Origin: Candidatus Zixiibacteriota bacterium
GTDB lineage: Bacteria > Zixibacteria > MSB-5A5 > DASWLN01
Assembly: GCA_036396115.1 (NCBI GenBank)
Contig: DASWLN010000168.1
Coordinates: forward strand, 72,204 to 136,203
Length of the DNA: 64,000 nucleotides
Direction: 5' to 3'
Part shown: piece by piece, positions 59,559 through 64,000 of the stretch
Numbering within the stretch: position 1 is the first letter of the stretch
Layout: every line of letters begins with the position of its first letter
Translations under genes and position numbers: made by a program
The notes under the pieces: generated by a model
Databases searched by the model: none
Seen by the model: the letters and a program-made list of their open reading frames with translations, nothing else
Told to the model about the DNA's origin: nothing

Positions 59559-61541
59559 GTGATGCATATGCAAAAAGATGATAAGAAGATAAGATTGGAC
59601 AGAAAAGAAGATGACAGGAGAAGCCCAAGGGACCAGGAGAAGAATCAGTTCCAGTGGAAAAGATCAGGCAGAACTCTGATCTTCTGGATCGCGCTTTTGG
59701 TTTTATCTATCCTCTTGTTCCAATACTACTCCCGTGGGGGGAAAGATATAATTGATATCAGCTATAGTGAGTTTCAACAAGAGCTCCTCCAGTCCAATAT
59801 CAAGAGCGTCCTGGTAATTGAGAAAAATGTTGAAGGAGAGTTTGTAAAAGAGATAAGCAAATCTGATAGGGGCCGAACCCAAAGCTATCCTCATTTCAGA
59901 ACATATCTGCCCGTGGAGAGTCAGGAGCTGATCAGCCAGATGCAGCAAAAAGGTGTACAGATAGAAGCTCAGGCCGCCAGCGTGAACTGGTCTGGAATGC
60001 TTTTAACTTCCCTTCCCTGGATTTTGCTTTTAGCCTTCTTTTGGTTTTTCCTCTTTCGTCAGATGCAGGGAAGCTCCAAAGGAATTTTCAGTTTTGGGAA
60101 AAGCAGAGCCAGGCTTTTAACTGGAGATAGGCCCAAGGTGACTTTTGAGGATGTGGCAGGGGCGGACGAAGCCAAGCAGGAGTTGCAGGAGATAATAGAG
60201 TTCTTAAAAGAGCCGGGCAAATTCCAGAAGTTGGGCGGGAAGATTCCCAAAGGAGCTTTACTTTTGGGAGCGCCGGGCACAGGTAAGACCTTGTTGGCTA
60301 AGGCAGTGGCAGGAGAAGCGGAAGTGCCGTTCTTCAGCATGAGCGGTTCAGATTTTGTGGAGATGTTTGTGGGAGTGGGCGCCTCGCGGGTGAGGGACCT
60401 TTTCGAGCAGGGAAAGAAAAATGCACCCTGCATCATCTTCATTGATGAGATAGATGCAGTGGGAAGGCATAGGGGAGCGGGTTTGGGTGGAGGTCATGAT
60501 GAAAGAGAGCAGACCTTAAATCAACTTCTAGTGGAGATGGATGGATTTGAATCAAATGAGGGGGTAATTCTCTTGGCTGCCACAAATCGTCCGGATGTGT
60601 TGGATCCAGCCTTACTTAGGCCCGGCAGGTTTGACAGGCAGATAATAGTTGATATTCCAGATGTCAAGGGAAGAGAGGGGATTCTTAAAGTTCATACGAA
60701 AAAGATAAAATTGGGGGAGGGGGTGGACCTTTCGATCTTAGCTCGAGGCACTCCCGGTTTATGCGGCGCGGACCTGGCTAACATGGTCAACGAGGCAGCC
60801 CTTTTAGCTGCTCGTCATAACCGGGATGGAGTCACTATACAGGACTTCGAAGATGCCAGGGACAAGGTTATGATGGGGGTTGAAAGAAGGAGCCTGGTGA
60901 TAAGCGAGGAGGAGAAGAAAACCACAGCCTATCATGAATCAGGTCATGCCCTGGTAGCCAAGCTCATTCCCGGCTCAGACCCGGTGCATAAGATGACCAT
61001 AATCCCTCGGGGTTTAGCTTTGGGCTTAACCCATTATCTTCCCGTAGATGAGAGGCATACCCATTCCAAGGAATATTTGGAGAATAAATTAGCCCAGCTT
61101 TTAGGTGGAAGGGTGGCTGAGAAATTGGTATTCAATCAATATACCACCGGCGCGGGTAATGATCTGGAAAGGGCAACGGAATTGGCTCGGAAGATGGTTT
61201 GCGAATGGGGGATGAGTGAGAAGTTGGGACCTCTGACCTTTGGTAAGAAAGAAGAAGAGATATTTTTAGGTAGAGAGATAGCCAAGCATCGAGATTACAG
61301 CGAGGAGACCGCCAAACAGATAGATGCTGAGGTGAGGAAGATAGTGGAGGAGGCAGAAGCTAAAGCCACTAATCTCCTTCAGGGAAATCAAGAGAAATTG
61401 CATACTTTAGCCAAGGCGCTTGTGGAAAAAGAGATCTTGGATGGTGAGCAAATTGATAGAATCCTCAAAGGAGAGAAGCTGGAACCAGGAAAATCCAATA
61501 ATGAAAATGAAAACAAGAAAGATAAGCCGAAGGAAAATTGA
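59559..61541 (+). CDS. ftsH: ATP-dependent zinc metalloprotease FtsH
   Basis: Two TM segments, AAA+ Walker [12 protein letters not shown] region, HESGHAL zinc site. Confidence 0.95.
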   Translation: MMHMQKDDKKIRLDRKEDDRRSPRDQEKNQFQWKRSGRTLIFWIALLVLSILLFQYYSRGGKDIIDISYSEFQQELLQSNIKSVLVIEKNVEGEFVKEISKSDRGRTQSYPHFRTYLPVESQELISQMQQKGVQIEAQAASVNWSGMLLTSLPWILLLAFFWFFLFRQMQGSSKGIFSFGKSRARLLTGDRPKVTFEDVAGADEAKQELQEIIEFLKEPGKFQKLGGKIPKGALLLGAPGTGKTLLAKAVAGEAEVPFFSMSGSDFVEMFVGVGASRVRDLFEQGKKNAPCIIFIDEIDAVGRHRGAGLGGGHDEREQTLNQLLVEMDGFESNEGVILLAATNRPDVLDPALLRPGRFDRQIIVDIPDVKGREGILKVHTKKIKLGEGVDLSILARGTPGLCGADLANMVNEAALLAARHNRDGVTIQDFEDARDKVMMGVERRSLVISEEEKKTTAYHESGHALVAKLIPGSDPVHKMTIIPRGLALGLTHYLPVDERHTHSKEYLENKLAQLLGGRVAEKLVFNQYTTGAGNDLERATELARKMVCEWGMSEKLGPLTFGKKEEEIFLGREIAKHRDYSEETAKQIDAEVRKIVEEAEAKATNLLQGNQEKLHTLAKALVEKEILDGEQIDRILKGEKLEPGKSNNENENKKDKPKEN

Positions 61542-62136
61542 GGAAGGGATAAGACTGGCTTTGGAGGGGGCAGGGGAAAACCCTCAAAGGGAAGGTCTAA
61601 AAGATACTCCTCGAAGAGTGGCAGATTTATACGAAGAGATTTTTGCCGGATTGGGAATCGACCCCCAAAAAGAGCTTAAAATTTATAATACTCCTAATCA
61701 GGATGAGATGATAATTGCCAGGGATATACCTTTTTATTCCATGTGCGAGCATCACCTTCTCCCCTTCTTCGGCAAAGTCCATATTGCCTATATTCCTCAG
61801 AAAAATAAAGTAACCGGCTTTTCGCACTTAGCCCAAGTAGTTGAAATTATAGCCAAAAGGCCTCAATTGCAGGAGAGGTTAAGTTCCCAGATAGCTGATG
61901 TTTTAATGCGAGGTTTAAAAGCCAAAGGGGTTCTGGTGATAATTGAGGCGGAACAGTTGTGTTTAACGATGCGGGGCTTAAAAAAGCAAGGAGTTTCAAC
62001 TATCACCTCAGCCATAAGGGGTGTAATGAAGAAGTCCAATATCCGGGCTGAGGCTTTGGGTTTGATAAAGAGTGAACTTCCCCGCCCAAAGAGCGGGCAT
62101 CCAAAACATCTCCTCCCCCTTGAGGGGGAGGACTAA
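61501..62136 (+). CDS. folE: GTP cyclohydrolase I
   Basis: [10 protein letters not shown] and [11 protein letters not shown] motifs. The start overlaps the ftsH 3-prime end. The last about 20 codons run into hairpin-repeat sequence. Confidence 0.85.
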   Translation: MKMKTRKISRRKIEEGIRLALEGAGENPQREGLKDTPRRVADLYEEIFAGLGIDPQKELKIYNTPNQDEMIIARDIPFYSMCEHHLLPFFGKVHIAYIPQKNKVTGFSHLAQVVEIIAKRPQLQERLSSQIADVLMRGLKAKGVLVIIEAEQLCLTMRGLKKQGVSTITSAIRGVMKKSNIRAEALGLIKSELPRPKSGHPKHLLPLEGED

Positions 62137-62377
62137 GTTGAAAATCTCGCCAAAGGCGGAGAGAGGGTCAGAATCATCTTCGCTATCCCCCTCACCCCTT
62201 CGCTTCGCTTTAGGGCAGGCTCTAACCCTCTCCCCCAAGGGAGAGGGAACTTATAGAAATGTCATTCATCCCCCCTACGGGGGTATTCTGACTTGTCTTT
62301 CATAAATAAATAAGGAGGTCGATTTCAAGCTGAAGCTCTGCACTAAAGAAATAGACCTGTCCTCTCGCACTCATATT

Positions 62378-63157
62378 ATGGGAATACTCAATGTTACCAC
62401 GGATTCCTTTTCGGATGGGGGTAAATTTTTCAAATTTGAGGATGCCAAAAGGCAGGCTTTAAAAATGGCAGAGGAAGGGGCAGATATCATCGACATTGGT
62501 GGGGAGTCAACTCGACCTGGCTCAGAAGCTGTTCCCTTAGAAGAGGAATTGGAAAGGGTTATTCCTTTGATAGAGGATTTGGTCAAAAGCACAAGCATCC
62601 CCATTTCCATAGATACCTATAAATCGGAAGTTGCCCAAAGAGCTCTGGATGCTGGTGCGGAGATAATAAACGACATCAGCGCCTTAAGGTTCGACCAAAA
62701 TATGGCAGATATGGCAGCCGGATATGATGCAGGAATAGTTTTGATGCACATTCAGGGGACTCCCAAGAATATGCAGGAGAATCCACATTATGATAATTTA
62801 ATTGAGGAAATAAAAACTTATCTGAAAGAAAGCATAAAATTAGCGGAACAAGCCGGAGTAAAAAAAGATAAGATAGTAATCGACCCGGGCATCGGTTTTG
62901 GGAAAAAAGTAGAACATAACCTGAATATATTAAGAAACCTAAAAGAGTTTGGGGAATTGGGCAAGCCAATAATGGTGGGCACATCAAGGAAGTCATTTAT
63001 CGGCAAATTACTTGACCTTCCGGTGGAGCAAAGATTAGAAGGGAGCTTAGCCGGTCTGGCTGTGAGCATAATGAATGGTGCAAACCTAGTCAGGGTGCAT
63101 GATGTCAAAGAAAGTCTAAGAGTAGTTCGCCTGGTGGATACGATTATAAGAAATTAA
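62378..63157 (+). CDS. folP: Dihydropteroate synthase
   Basis: MGILNVTTDSFSDGG, IIDIGGESTRPG and GTSRKSFIG motifs. The true start may lie upstream, but no canonical start codon is in frame there. Confidence 0.9.
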   Translation: MGILNVTTDSFSDGGKFFKFEDAKRQALKMAEEGADIIDIGGESTRPGSEAVPLEEELERVIPLIEDLVKSTSIPISIDTYKSEVAQRALDAGAEIINDISALRFDQNMADMAAGYDAGIVLMHIQGTPKNMQENPHYDNLIEEIKTYLKESIKLAEQAGVKKDKIVIDPGIGFGKKVEHNLNILRNLKEFGELGKPIMVGTSRKSFIGKLLDLPVEQRLEGSLAGLAVSIMNGANLVRVHDVKESLRVVRLVDTIIRN

Positions 63158-63184
63158 AAATTAAAAAAGACAAATTAAAAAATT

Positions 63185-63949
63185 ATGGAGCTTTTTCAGG
63201 TTGGTTTTATCAAATTCGGAATAGTGGACTTGATCGATGTGGCGATTGTCTGGTTTTTGTTCTATCGGCTTTTAATCTTGATGAAAGGGACTCGTTCGGT
63301 TCAAATCGTGATTGGCTTGTTTTTGGTCATTTTAGTCTCATTTATCGCTTTCTGGTTTCAATTGGAGGGACTGAAATGGCTCATCAGCAATATCGCCACA
63401 GTTGGAATCATAGTCTTAGTCATAGTCTTCCAGCCGGAATTAAGAGGAGCGCTCGCTCAGATAGGACACAACAAATTCATCCGCATGTTCTTCCGCTATG
63501 AAAAAGAGAAAACTCTGGATGAGGTGGTGAGGGGCGCCATCAAATTAGCGGAACTGCGCTATGGAGCCTTAATCGTTTTGGAAAGAGACATCGGCTTAAA
63601 GGACTTCGCTGAGACCGGCAAGGAACTGGGCGCTCAGGTTTCAAGTGAGCTTTTAGTCACCCTTTTCACCCCTTATACTCCTTTGCATGACGGGGCAGCC
63701 ATCATTTCCGGAGAGAATATCGTAGCAGTTGCCTGCACTCTTCCTTTAAGCCAAAACCCGCAATACATCAAACTATACGGGATGAGGCATCGTGCCGCCG
63801 TGGGAATAACCGAGGAGTCAGATGCGGTAGTGGTTGCTGTTTCCGAGGAAACCGGTAACATATCAGTTGCCTTCGGAGGAAGGTTGCAGAAGAATATCGA
63901 CAAGAGCGTGTTGAAGGATATGCTATTGGGACTGATGCGAGAAAGTTGA
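63185..63949 (+). CDS. cdaA: Diadenylate cyclase (CdaA/DacA type)
   Basis: Three N-terminal TM segments, and a DAC domain with HDGAAII and GMRHRAA motifs. Confidence 0.9.
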   Translation: MELFQVGFIKFGIVDLIDVAIVWFLFYRLLILMKGTRSVQIVIGLFLVILVSFIAFWFQLEGLKWLISNIATVGIIVLVIVFQPELRGALAQIGHNKFIRMFFRYEKEKTLDEVVRGAIKLAELRYGALIVLERDIGLKDFAETGKELGAQVSSELLVTLFTPYTPLHDGAAIISGENIVAVACTLPLSQNPQYIKLYGMRHRAAVGITEESDAVVVAVSEETGNISVAFGGRLQKNIDKSVLKDMLLGLMRES

Positions 63950-63956
63950 ATTAGCG

Positions 63957-64000
63957 ATGTTTATTGATTACGTTGAGATTCTGGCACAAGCGGGTGATGG
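63957..64000 (+). CDS. obg: GTPase Obg, 5-prime partial
   Basis: MFIDYVEILAQAGDG matches the conserved Obg N-terminus (MF.D...I...AGDGG). Truncated by the window edge. Confidence 0.6.
   Translation, partial: MFIDYVEILAQAGD

Overview
This 64 kb window looks like core chromosome from a Gram-negative, probably uncultivated-type bacterium. It carries Kdo/LPS biosynthesis and Lpt export genes and sigma-54. It also has T9SS-type C-terminal sorting domains, which suggests an FCB-superphylum-like lineage; that placement is inference only. Almost all genes are on the + strand and are recognisable housekeeping genes. Main groups: nadC and birA; kdsB-pyrG-kdsA-kdsC-kdsD; lpxL-like-lptC-lptB-rpoN-glpX-hpf-hprK-EIIA(Man)-EIIB(Man)-mlaD-like; folB-folK-dNK-panBCD; rho; pdxA/pdxJ; ftsEX-envC-like-holB; metG; eno; recO; glyQS; tilS-hpt-ftsH-folE-folP-cdaA-obg. 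I found no rRNA, tRNA, CRISPR array, transposase, integrase, or any recognisable defence or toxin multi-gene system. The unusual part is the non-coding DNA. Nearly every intergenic spacer longer than about 150 bp is built from GC-rich hairpin repeats belonging to several recurring families. One family is a five-copy, 163-217 bp MITE-like element bounded by terminal inverted repeats, with nested insertions at a single internal hot-spot. Other points worth a second look: a four-helix-bundle (23S rRNA IVS-type) gene inserted between panB and panC and flanked by AT-rich inverted repeats; a permease-less HprK/EIIA-Man/EIIB-Man module inside the conserved LPS-rpoN supra-operon; an aminotransferase homologue that appears to lack the PLP-binding lysine and sits between direct repeat modules; a disrupted T9SS-cargo gene; and a lipoprotein whose beta-propeller blades share identical nucleotide stretches. 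All calls rest on reading the sequence and recognising motifs. No database search was run.
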